This document shows positions 29,390-39,404 of a stretch of DNA of 64,000 bases, piece by piece; the stretch's first letter is position 1, and every line of letters begins with the position of its first letter. Where the stretch lies: positions 448,001 through 512,000 of the forward strand of contig CAVTHK010000013.1 of NCBI GenBank assembly GCA_963734495.1, given 5' to 3'. Made by a program: the position numbers and the translations under genes. This DNA is from an uncultured Spirochaetota bacterium. GTDB taxonomy: Bacteria; Spirochaetota; Spirochaetia; SZUA-6; CAVTHK01. The notes under the pieces are model-generated. The model did not search any database. It was not told the origin of the DNA and saw only the letters and a list, made by a program, of their open reading frames with translations.

Positions 29390-30655
29390 CTACCGCCCCT
29401 TGCGCACCGTGATGCCCGCCTCCTCGAAGCCTTCGCGCACGGCGCGCATCAGGTGGGCGGGCGCCGTGTCGTAGCTCGCGATCGTCGTGCCGTCGGCGCC
29501 GCACTGCGCGGACATCAGGATCGTCTCCTTGATGAGCTCGGGCGTCGCCTTGACGCGCTGCGACAGCGCGGTCACGAAGTGCTTGTCGAGCCCGACAGCC
29601 CTGCGGACAAAGTGATAGAAGCCGCGCTTGACCTTCATGAGCTCCGGGTCCCCGTCCTGCTCGAGGTAATCCGCTGCGCGGATCGAGTCGAACCAGCGGC
29701 TCATCGCCCGCAGGTCGAAGCCTTCCATCTCGGGGTACACCCAGCAGTCGTTGAAACGCACGTCGATCCCGGGCTTCGCCGCGTGCGCGGCGGTGTGGAT
29801 CTCCTTGTAGAAGCGGGTGTACGAGTCGCAGCGGAACCGGAACCAGGCGAGGTACTCGGGCATCTCGGTAAAGAGCTGCGAAGCGGTCATCGTGCTCGCG
29901 AGGGTCAGCGAGAGCTCGAAGGCCTGCTTCGCGTTGTACCGGTTGTGCCCGTCGGCGATCCAGCGCAGGCGGTCGACGATCGCGCTCCAGTCGAGCCCTT
30001 GCGCCTCCGCCGCCTGCCGGCAGTGATCGCAGAAGCAGGCGCCCAGCGGCAGCCTCACCAACCGCTGCACCTCGCTGATCTTTTCCCGGTAGCTGGGAGC
30101 CCCCGCGAATCCCCGGAAGCAGGTCTGGATGAAGTCGAGGTCGTATCGGGTCGCGAGCTCCGTGTAGAGGGCGCGGGCGTAGGCCACCGTGTCCGGGTGG
30201 TTGACGCACATAACCGTGGCGAACGGCTTGCCGTAGATGTCGCGCTGGAGAGAGTCGGAGAACTGCGTCCGCAGCCTCTCCTTGTCCACCCACGTGTGCG
30301 AGAGCTCGACGCCGGCCTTGAGGCCGCGCCTGCGGGCGAGGTCCACGGAGAACTGGACCCAGTCCACGCCCTGCAGGTCGGGGTCTTCGGACGGCAGCGG
30401 CTTGATGCGGCTCGCCTTGTAGAACGCGGGGTCGAACTTCCAGTAGGCGCGCGAGTCCTCGGTCCAGTAGACCTTGCGCCGCGGGTTGTGAGGGTAATAG
30501 AACTCCGACAAGGGCCGCTTCTCGTCGTGCATCAGGATCACGGGGTAGATCGAGCTCACGAGCGCGTCGCGCTCCAGGTTGTCGATGATGTCGTCGGGCT
30601 TCTCGTCGACGTAGTCCCAGGGAAAGAGCCGCGCGCTTACTTCGCTGAAGATCAT
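29390..30655 (-). CDS. Hypothetical glycoside-hydrolase-like TIM-barrel protein
   Basis: LFPWD start, MCVNHPDTVAY, YDLDFI, CFCDHC; GGAGG RBS. Confidence 0.6.
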   Translation of the reverse strand: MIFSEVSARLFPWDYVDEKPDDIIDNLERDALVSSIYPVILMHDEKRPLSEFYYPHNPRRKVYWTEDSRAYWKFDPAFYKASRIKPLPSEDPDLQGVDWVQFSVDLARRRGLKAGVELSHTWVDKERLRTQFSDSLQRDIYGKPFATVMCVNHPDTVAYARALYTELATRYDLDFIQTCFRGFAGAPSYREKISEVQRLVRLPLGACFCDHCRQAAEAQGLDWSAIVDRLRWIADGHNRYNAKQAFELSLTLASTMTASQLFTEMPEYLAWFRFRCDSYTRFYKEIHTAAHAAKPGIDVRFNDCWVYPEMEGFDLRAMSRWFDSIRAADYLEQDGDPELMKVKRGFYHFVRRAVGLDKHFVTALSQRVKATPELIKETILMSAQCGADGTTIASYDTAPAHLMRAVREGFEEAGITVRKGR

Positions 30656-30702
30656 TCTGGTTCGCCTCCCGGCGAGACCGTATCAGCCGGGGCTCCCGCT
30701 AA

Positions 30703-31086
30703 TCAAGCCGGCGGCTCGCGCGCGATCTCGAACGCGGGCTGGAGGGCGCGGAGCGCGTCCTCCAGCCTTTCCGACCTCACCAGCACGTAGTCGGTGTCGT
30801 AGGTCGAGATCGCGAAGATGCTCACGGCTGCCCGCGCGAGCGGCTCGAGCACCGAAGCGAGGACGCCCGTCTCGCCGAACGGGATCGGCCCCTCCAGCTC
30901 GAGCACGGTCCAGCCGCGCTCGGCGCGGGCGTCGGGAGGCACGAGCCTGCATTCGCAGACTACCGACAGCTCGCGGCTGGAGCGCGTGACCGCTGCGAAT
31001 CGCGACCCTCGGCTCCACTCGGGGACCTCCGCAGCGGCGTCGAGCCGACAGACCGCGACTTCCATCGGCAGCACAAGGATCTTCAT
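30703..31086 (-). CDS. ACT domain protein (ACT_7/CASTOR-like)
   Basis: ELSVVCE, GWTVLELEGPIPFGETGVLA, SIFAISTYDTDYVLV; overlaps thrS stop by 4 bp. Confidence 0.88.
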   Translation of the reverse strand: MKILVLPMEVAVCRLDAAAEVPEWSRGSRFAAVTRSSRELSVVCECRLVPPDARAERGWTVLELEGPIPFGETGVLASVLEPLARAAVSIFAISTYDTDYVLVRSERLEDALRALQPAFEIAREPPA

Positions 31087-32888
31087 CGCGCCCCCCGGAT
31101 TCCGGCGTGCTGCGCCCGCTCGCCGACCTCGCGCGCGAGCAGGTCCGCGAACGCGCCGGCGTCGAGCGAGACCTTCTCGCCGGTGTCGCGGTTGCTCACC
31201 GAAAGCCGCCGCGCCGCCGCCTCGGCCGCGCCGACGACGGCCACGTACGGGACGCGCAGCGCCCGCGCGTCGCGGACCCGGCGACCCAGGGTCTCCTCGC
31301 GCGCGTCCACCTCCGGGCGCAGCCCGCGCCCGCGCAGCTCGCCCTCGAGCTCGCGCGCGTAACTCTCGTGCGCGGACGCGACGGGAAGAAGCCGCACCTG
31401 CACGGGCGCGAGCCATGGCGGAAGGGCGCCTTCATACTTCTCCAGGAGGAACGCGATCGTCCGCTCCAGGCACCCGACCGAGGAGCGGTGGATCACCACG
31501 GGACGCGCACGGCTTCCGTCGCCGGCCGCGTACTCCAGGCCGAACCGCTCGGGCAGGACGAAGTCGACCTGTATGGTGAACAGCGTCTCCTCGCGGCCGT
31601 GGACCGTGCGCATCTCCACGTCGATCTTGGGACCGTAGAAGGCCGCCTCGCCCCGCGCAGCTTCGTACGGGAGACCGCGACGCCGCAGGACGTCGAGCAG
31701 GATCCCTTCAGCTTTGTCCCAGACTTCCTCGCTTCCGGCATAGCGGCTGTCGCCGGGCGAATGGAGCGAAGCCCGGTAGCGGCAATCCCCCTCGAAGCCG
31801 AGAGTGGCCATCACGTGCTGCACGAGATCGAGCACGCGATCGAGCTCCGCGGGGACCTGGTCGGGCCGGCACATGATGTGGGAATCGGCGAGGTGGAAGG
31901 CGAGCGCGCGCGCCAGGCCGTACAGCTCGCCCGATCGCTCGCGGCGGTAGAGCGGAGAAATCTCGGCGTAGCGCACGGGGAGCTCCCGGTACGAATGGGG
32001 GCTCGCGCGGTACAGCATGAAGTGGTGCGGGCAGGTCATGGGCCGCAGGACGAGCTCCTCGCCTTCGAGGCCGATCGGCGGGAACATCGCCGCGGCGTAG
32101 TGAGCGAGGTGCCCGGAGGTCTCGTAGAGCTCGCGGCGGCCGAGGGCCGGGGTGTAGACGATCTCGTACCCGCGGGCGATCTCCTCGTCCACGATGAAGC
32201 GTTCGAGGACGCGGCGGATGACCGCGCCGCGCGGAAGGAGCATCGGGAGCCCGCGGCCCACTTCGTCCGAGATCACGAAGAGGCCGAGCTCCTTTCCGAT
32301 CGTGCGGTGGTCTCGCTTCTCCGCGTCGGCAGCGCGCCTGCAGTGATCCGCCAGCTCCGCCGCCGAAGCGAACGCCGCGCCCGCGATGCGGGTCAGCATC
32401 GGGCGGCTCTCGTCGCCCATCCAGTACGCGCCGCTCACCGCCTCGAGGCGGAACACGGCGCCGGGCGCCAGCGCGGCGGCCGGCGGACGGTGCGCGAGCA
32501 TCGGGATCCCGCCGATGCGGACGAGCGTCTCGTCTGCGAACCCGCCGCGCTCCAGCTCCTCGCGGACGAGCGGCTCCGCGGCGGCGAAATCGAGCGCCTC
32601 TTCGGCGGAGAGCCGCGTCATCTCCACGGGCGACGCGTCCAGGAGCCGGCGCATCGCGGCCTCGAGCGCGGGCAGCCGGTCGGTTCCGAGGCGTGAGGGC
32701 AGCATAAAGTCGTGGTAGAAGCCCGTGCCCGTCGTCCCGCAGGAGCCGAGCACGGCTCCCGGGATCACCTCCCTGACGGCTGCCGCGAGCGCGGCGCAGA
32801 GGAGACGGCGCTGACCTTCGAGAGCCTCGGTGAGGTCGAAGGCCGGCGCCCCGGCCCGCGCGGACGCGGGCGAAGAGGCGTGGACCAT
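31083..32888 (-). CDS. thrS: Threonine--tRNA ligase with degenerate editing domain
   Basis: RDHRTIG, LYETSGH, RPMTCPHH, GEAAFYGPKID, VIHRS, WLAPVQ; GGAGG RBS. Confidence 0.93.
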   Translation of the reverse strand: MVHASSPASARAGAPAFDLTEALEGQRRLLCAALAAAVREVIPGAVLGSCGTTGTGFYHDFMLPSRLGTDRLPALEAAMRRLLDASPVEMTRLSAEEALDFAAAEPLVREELERGGFADETLVRIGGIPMLAHRPPAAALAPGAVFRLEAVSGAYWMGDESRPMLTRIAGAAFASAAELADHCRRAADAEKRDHRTIGKELGLFVISDEVGRGLPMLLPRGAVIRRVLERFIVDEEIARGYEIVYTPALGRRELYETSGHLAHYAAAMFPPIGLEGEELVLRPMTCPHHFMLYRASPHSYRELPVRYAEISPLYRRERSGELYGLARALAFHLADSHIMCRPDQVPAELDRVLDLVQHVMATLGFEGDCRYRASLHSPGDSRYAGSEEVWDKAEGILLDVLRRRGLPYEAARGEAAFYGPKIDVEMRTVHGREETLFTIQVDFVLPERFGLEYAAGDGSRARPVVIHRSSVGCLERTIAFLLEKYEGALPPWLAPVQVRLLPVASAHESYARELEGELRGRGLRPEVDAREETLGRRVRDARALRVPYVAVVGAAEAAARRLSVSNRDTGEKVSLDAGAFADLLAREVGERAQHAGIRGAR

Positions 32889-32953
32889 GAGCCCTCCTCC
32901 CTGGAATGCGGCCCGCGCATGCGCGCAGGCCTTCCGCGGCTCAATGGCCGCGG

Positions 32954-32993
32954 AAAACAAAAAAGCCCAGAGGTGCTCGTTCACCCCTGGGCT
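32954..32993 (-). terminator. Intrinsic terminator in the thrS leader (attenuator)
   Basis: Minus strand AGCCCAGGGGTG-aacgag-CACCTCTGGGCT followed by TTTTTGTTTT; 12-bp stem with one G-U pair. Confidence 0.88.
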
Positions 32994-33015
32994 CGATCGC
33001 CTCGCGAACCGGCTG

Positions 33016-33117
33016 TCACGACCGCGCTGCTGGTCGCCTCCGCCGGCGGACGGATCGAGCCCCGTGGCGCATCGTCGTCGTCGTGTTCACGAAATTGCGC
33101 GGCTCGGTCCGGTCCAC
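33016..33117 (-). CDS. Thr-rich leader peptide of thrS, (M)DRTEPRNFVNTTTTMRHGARSVRRRRRPAARS; alternative GTG start at 33090
   Basis: Four consecutive ACG codons (33084-33073) plus one ACC; TGA at 33018-33016; lies between promoter and terminator. Confidence 0.78.
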   Translation of the reverse strand: MDRTEPRNFVNTTTTMRHGARSVRRRRRPAARS

Positions 33118-33123
33118 GATGGG

Positions 33124-33152
33124 AAATTAGCACTTTGCGGCGGGCGGGTCAA
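33124..33152 (-). promoter_or_regulatory. sigma70 promoter of the thrS leader
   Basis: TTGACC-17 nt-TAATTT with extended -10 TG; predicted +1 falls at about the GTG at 33117. Confidence 0.7.
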
Positions 33153-33222
33153 CGCGCCGCTGAACCATTTCTGGGCACTGGCCGTTGTAGCGGGGGCGCG
33201 TCCGAGGCTATAAATGCGATTG

Positions 33223-35573
33223 ATGGCTGAGGCCTTGTCGTTCTTCGCCCCCGCTCCGCGGCACGCCGAAGATCTCCTCGCGGCGGAGCTGGAGTCGCTC
33301 GGCGCCTCCGGCCTGCACGAGCACCCCGCGGGCGTCGCCTTCGCGGGGCCGCTGGAGGTCGGCTACCGCGCCTGCCTCTGGTCCCGGATCGCCACGCGCG
33401 TGCTGCTGCCGCTCGCCGAGTTTCCCGCCACCACGGCGGACCACGTGCGCGCCGGCGCCAAGGCGATCCCGTGGGAGCGGCACATGGGGGTGGACTCGAC
33501 CTTTGCCGTGAGCTGCACCCTCGCCGACTCGCCGATCCGCCACTCCCACTACGGCGCCCTGCTCGTCAAGGACGGAGTGGCCGATCGCTTCCGCGAGCTC
33601 ACTTTCCAGAGGCCCTCGGTCGACACCGCTCGGCCTTCGATCCGGCTGCACGTGCACCTCAGCCGCGACCACGCGAGCGTGAGCCTCGATCTGTCCGGCG
33701 AGAGCCTGCACCGGCGCGGCTACCGCACGGGCCAGGGCGCGGCGCCGCTCAAGGAGAACGTCGCGGCCGCGATGCTGCTGCGCGCCCGCTGGCCCGAGAT
33801 CGCGGCGGCCGGCGGCTCGTTCCTCGACCCGATGTGCGGGTCGGGAACGCTGGTGATCGAGGCCGCGCTGATGGCGCTCGACGCCGCGCCCGGGCTGACC
33901 CGCGGCGCCTTCGGGTTCCTCGGCTGGAAGGCTCACGATGCGGCGCTCTGGCGGCGGCTCACGGAGGAGGCCTGGGCGCGCAGGCGGCGAAACGCCGGAT
34001 GCACGCTCCTCGGCTGCGACGCGGACGCCTCGGTCATCGGCAAGGCGAAGGCGAACGCGCTGGCGGCGGGGCTCGCCGGCGTGGTGCGTTTCGAGCAGCG
34101 CAGGCTGAGCGAATGCGTGCCCCCGACGGCTCCCGCGGGACTGGTCGCCGTCAATCCGCCCTATGGTCACCGCCTCGGCGACGCCGCCTCCCTCGTGCCG
34201 TTGTACGAGGCGCTGGGACGCGTGCTCCGCGAGCGATTCGCCGGGTGGAAGCTCGCGCTGCTCACCGCGGACCCGAAGCTCTCGTGGTCCACGGGCCTGC
34301 GCGCCGTGCGCGTCAACAAGCTGTACAACGGGCCGATCCCCTGCGAGGTCACGCACTTCGACCTCGGCGCCCAGGAGCCGGAGGGAGCCGGAGCCTCCGC
34401 CGCTTCCTGCCGCTCCGCCGCCTGCGCCTGCGCCCGCGCCCGCGCAGCCGGAGCAGCCGCCCGAGCCGCCGCCTCCCTCCCCCTACGCCGTGCGCAAGGC
34501 TGCGCGCGAGGCCGAGCGCGAGGCGCCTCCGAGGCCCGAAGCGGAGATCGCCGCCGAAGAGAAGGCCACGCTCGAGAACCGCCTGCGCAAGAACCTGCGC
34601 CGGCTCAAGGACTGGGCGCGCGAGGAGCAGGTGCGCTGCTACCGCGTCTACGACGCCGACCTCCCGCAGTACGCCGTGGCCATCGACTTCTACGAAGGGA
34701 AGTGGGCGCACGTGCAGGAGTACTCGCCGCCGGCCGTCGTGGACGAGGAGCGCGCGGCGCGGCAGGCTGCGCGACGTGGCCGAGGCCGTGCCGGCGGCGC
34801 TGGGCATCCCGCCCGAAGCGGTCTTCATCAAGGAGCGGCGCAAGCAGAAGGCCGGCGATCAATACGAGCGCCTCGACGACCGCGGAGAGCGGCACGAGGT
34901 GCGCGAGGGCGGCCTTCGTTTTCTCGTCAACTTCACCGACTACCTGGACACCGGCCTGTTTCTCGACCACCGCATCACGCGCCGCATGATCGGCGACCTC
35001 GCGCCGGGCTGCGCCTTCCTCAACCTCTTCTGCTACACGGCGTCGGCCACCGTGTACGCGGCGTGGGGCGGCGCCCTGCGCACGGTCTCGGTGGACACCT
35101 CGAACACCTACCTCGCGTGGGCCGGGGAGAATCTCGCGCTCAACGGGTTCACGGGCGAGCGCCACCGGCTCGTGCGCGCCGACGCCCGCGACTTCCTCGC
35201 GTCCGACAAAGGACGCTACGGCCTCGTCTTCATCGACCCGCCGACCTTTTCCAACTCCAAGGGGGACCGCGAGAACTTCTCGGTGCAGCGCGACCACGCG
35301 GAGATGATCCGCGCGGCCGTCGATCGGCTGGACAGCGACGGGGTCGTGGTGTTCTCGAACAACTTTCGGAAATTCAAGCTTGATGAAGAAGGCCTGGCCG
35401 GCCTCGAAGTCACCGACGTTTCGAAACAGACGATCCCCCGCGACTTCACCCGCAACGCGCGGATCCACCGCTGCTGGATCATCAGGCGTCCGCCGGCCGG
35501 CGCGCGCAAAGCCGCCGCGCGCGCCCGCGAGACCCACGCACCGCGGCGGAGGCGCGTCCGTGAGGACTCTTGA
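33223..35573 (+). CDS. rlmKL: Bifunctional 23S rRNA methyltransferase RlmK/L, frameshifted (around 34380-34500 and near 34765)
   Basis: SLHRRGYR, APLKENVAAA, DPMCGSGT, NPPYG; NRLRKN, YRVYDAD, DYLDTGLFLDHR, NLFCYT, DPPTFSNSK. Confidence 0.92.
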
Positions 35574-38435
35574 GCCGGGCTTCTACCCTTTCTGGTTCTG
35601 GAACGCCGGCCTGGATGAAGGCGAGATCCGCCGCCAGATCGGCGAGATGGCCGCGCAGGGCATCAAGGGCTTCTTTATCCACAGCCGGCAGGGCCTCGAG
35701 GTGCCGTATCTCTCGGAGGCCTTCTTCCGCCTCGTCGCCGTTGCGGTCGACGAGGCCCGCAAGCGCGGCCTGGTCGCCAATCTCTACGACGAGTACCCCT
35801 ACCCGAGCGGCGTGGCGGGAGGCGAGGTCGTCCTCGGCGCTCCCGGGTTCCAGGCCACGGCTCTCGTCCACGACCGGCACGAGACCGCGGGCGGCCGCGT
35901 GCGCCTGGCGCTGCCGCGCGGCCAGGTCCTCTGCTGCATCGCCTGCCCGGTCCGCGACGGGCAGACCGACTGGGGCGCGGCGATCGACTGCCGCGACTCC
36001 GTCGGCATGGTGCTCGCGGAGCAGTCCTACGTGGAGACGGGACTCACGGCGTACAACCGCAAGCGCTTCTTCGCGAGCTCACCGACGCCGACGCTGGACG
36101 TCACGCTTCCCGACGGGAATTGGCTGATCCACGCGTGCTGCCAGGTGCTCGTCACCCATCACAAGTACTGGGGAGCGTACGTCGACGCGCTTGAACGAAC
36201 GGGCCGATCGCGCGCTTCATCGAGCTCACGCACGAGCGTTACGCGCGCCGATTCGCCGGGGAGATGGGCGAGACCATCCGCGCGATCTTCGTGGACGAGA
36301 CCGCGCCCTCCTGGACGCCCGACCTCCCTCGCCTCTTCCGCGAGCGGTACGGATACGACCTGCTTCCGCTGCTGCCCGCGCTGGAGGCGGAGGATCATCC
36401 GCGGCACGTGCAGGTCACCGCGGACTTCGAGCGGCTGCGCCACGACCTCTTCCGCCGGTCCTTCGACGAGCCGCTGGCTGCCTGGTGCCGGGAGCACGGC
36501 ATCGCCTGGCTCGGCGAGAAGCCGAGCTACCGCCTCTCCGAGCTCCGCTTCATGGACGTGCCGGGCTGCGACGTCGGCCACACCAAGGCCGGCGCCCCGA
36601 CCGACATGCTGCGCTCGCGCCTGCGCTGGCAACGCCGCGCGACGGCCTCGGCCGCCTACTTCTACGGCAAGCCGCGCTCGCTGTGCGAGTGCTTCCACAG
36701 CCTCGGGTGGGGGGCGACGATGCAGGACGCGCGCCTCATCGTGGACGAGCTGCTGCTGCAGGGCATCGACGTCCTGGTGCCCCACGCGTTCTTCTACTCG
36801 ACCCACGGCCTGCGGAAGCACGACGCGCCGCCGAGCTTCTTCTTCCAGATGCCGTGGTGGAAGCTGTGGCACCTGCTCTCGCGGCGCTTCGACGCGATCG
36901 CGGGCGCGTTCGCGGGGACGTGGATCGACGCGGCCGTGCTCGTCGTGGACCCCGGGCCCGGCGTGCCGACGGCCCGCGGCAGGGAGGTCTACGAGCGGCT
37001 GATGGCAGCGCTCGGGCGAGGCGCATGTCGACTTCGCCGTCGTGGACACCGACATCCTGCAGGCAGTGCCGGATCGAAGGCGGAAGGATCAAGGTGAAGG
37101 ACCTCGCGGCGGCCGCGGTCCTCGCTGCCGCCCATGCGGTACGTGGAGAAGGAGCTGGAGTCGTGCCTCCGCGGCCTGGAGCAGGCCGGGGGGCGGGTCG
37201 ATGCGGATCGGCGAGGACCCCGACTGGGACGCGCTGCTCGCTCGAAGCACAGCGGTGGCGCGCCCGCTCGGCCTGCGGACCGAGGAGCGGCGACGCTTCG
37301 CGAGTGCGGGTGGTGAGCCGAACGGACGGCCGCGGCGGCTCTGCTTTCTGCTGAACTCGTCCGGCGACCCGGTGACGGTCGCGCTGCGGACGACGGCGAG
37401 CTGGCCGAGCTGCCTCTCGAGGCGGACGCCCCGCCCTGCTGGAGCGCTCGGGCGGCGGCTTTGCCCGCAGGCTCGGCCCCTTCGAGGCGGCTCTGCTCGA
37501 AAGCGGCGGAGGCGGCGCGCGTCGCGATGCTGCCGCCCCGCCCGCCGGGCTCGCGCTCCGCCTCGAGGGTGCCGCGACGGTGCGCCTCCTCGGGCGGAAC
37601 CTGCTGCGCATGGCGCGCTGGGAGCTGACGCTCTCGGGCCGGCCGGGCGGCGGGCAGGCCGCGGCCGCGGTCGTCTCCGCCGCCCCGATCGCGAACCAGA
37701 TCGCCGAAGGCCGGCTCGCCTTCGCGCCCGACGTTCGCAGCTTCTTCGGCCACGAGCCGGAGCTGCTGCTCCCCGAGCTGACGCGCCGAGTACGCCTTCA
37801 CTTCGAGAATTCGTACGCGGGGGCCGTCGAGCTTGTCATGGAGCCGGACTCGATCCGCGGGGAGGCGCGCGTGCGGGTCAACGGCGGCCGGCCACGCGTT
37901 CCGGACGACTTCAGGCCGACGGACGCGCACGTGCCCGGCTGCATCGGGGTGGACGTGACTGCTGACCTGGTGCCTGGCGCGAACCGCGTCACCGTCGAGG
38001 TCGTCACCAACCGGCTGGACGGCGGGCTCCTCAACCCGCTGTACCTGGCTGGGGATTTCGGCGTGAGCCTCGAGCCGCTCGCGCTCCGCGCGCCCACCGC
38101 CGGCGGCCTCTTCGAGGACTACGATGCAAATTTCGCACCTTTCTATTCGGGGACCGTCGAATACGGGATGGAGGCGACCCTGCGCGGCGTTCCTCGCGGG
38201 GGGAACGTGCTCCTGGAGCTGGCGCTGCCGCGGCACTTCGAGGAGGCCTGCGAGGTCTCGCTGAACGGACACCCCTTCCGGCCGGCCCCCTGGTCACCGT
38301 ACCGGATCGTGGTTCCGGCTGCCGAGATCAGCAACGGCGCCAATCGACGTCCGCGTGCGCGTGCTCACCACGCTGGCCCGCGCCTTCGACGGCACCCGCT
38401 TCGACGCGGCCGCTCACCGCTACGTTCCCGTCTGA
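35560..38435 (+). CDS. GH106-like (alpha-L-rhamnosidase-type) glycoside hydrolase, multiple frameshifts
   Basis: PFWFWN, GFFIHSRQGL, LYDEYPYPSG, IFVDE, CECFHSLGW, PHAFFYS, RKHDAPPS, PLYLAGDF, PFYSGTVEY spread over several frames. Confidence 0.75.
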
Positions 38436-38469
38436 AGGCGCCGTTGCCCGTCAGGCCGCGAACAGCAGG

Positions 38470-39350
38470 CTACCGCCTGCGCTTGCGCGCCTCCTCGTGC
38501 AGCCACGCGTTCTCGGCGCCCGCGACGTCGCCGAAGCGCGTCAGCTTGGCGCGCGCCTTCTTCTTCATCAATTCCTCGTAGCGCCCGTCCTCGACCAGGG
38601 CCACCACGCGGGCGATGCTCGACTCTCCGTCCACGAACCGCCAGGGGAAACATCCGATCAGGGCGCGCTGGTTGAGCAGGAGGTCCATGTCGCCGCCGGC
38701 GCACTCGACGTGGATGATCCCGTGGTCGAACATCTCGATGTGCATGAGCTGGTACTTGTCCGCGCGTGAAGATCTCGTCCAGCCCCTTGCCGTACTTCGA
38801 GCGCATGTGCGCGTCGCACTCCCTGGCCTGCACGGGCATCCACTCGCGGATCTTGGTGTTCATCGGGTGATCGCCGCTGCCGCAGTCGACGGCGAGCCAG
38901 CGCAGCTTCTTGCGCTTGCACCACTCGGCGAACTCGCGGTCGGGCCCCGGGTGCTTGATCATGTAGCGGATCTCGTCGGCCGTCGGCTGGTCCCAGCCGT
39001 AGTGATGGAAGCCCGTGTGGATGATCAGGATGTCGCCGTCTTTGACCTCGACGCGCTCCTCCACCATCTTCGGAGGTGTAGACGTCGTAGTCGCCCACGA
39101 CGTCGGACAGGTCGACGATCGCCCCCTCGTGGACGAGGAAGTCCATGTCGAGGCTCGCGATGTCCTTGCCCGGAGTGTAGAAGTGAATCTCGCCGTCGAG
39201 GTGCGTGCCCACGTGGTTCGAGTGGGTCACGACCTGGCCGTTGGCGCCGTTGGGCGCGAGGCGCTTGAAGTACTGCACCTGCAGCGGAATGTAGGTCGGC
39301 CAGGGCGGGGTTCCGATGCCGAGCGGGATCGAGAGATCGATGGCTTTCAC
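38470..39350 (-). CDS. Cyclase family (kynurenine formamidase-like) metallo-amidohydrolase, frameshifts near 39072 and 38765
   Basis: DLSIPL, HxGTHxD motif HVGTHLDG, GDILIIHTG, IIHVECAGG. Confidence 0.85.
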
Positions 39351-39404
39351 GATAGCCCTCCTCTGCTGTGATGCGGGTCAGGGCGCCGTGCGCCCTGATG
39401 CCCG

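Noticed and set aside
32954-33117. T-box riboswitch upstream of thrS
   Set aside because: AGGGGTGAAC only loosely resembles the T-box and lacks the UGGN-ACC bulge; no recognisable Stem I; the leader-peptide model explains all elements
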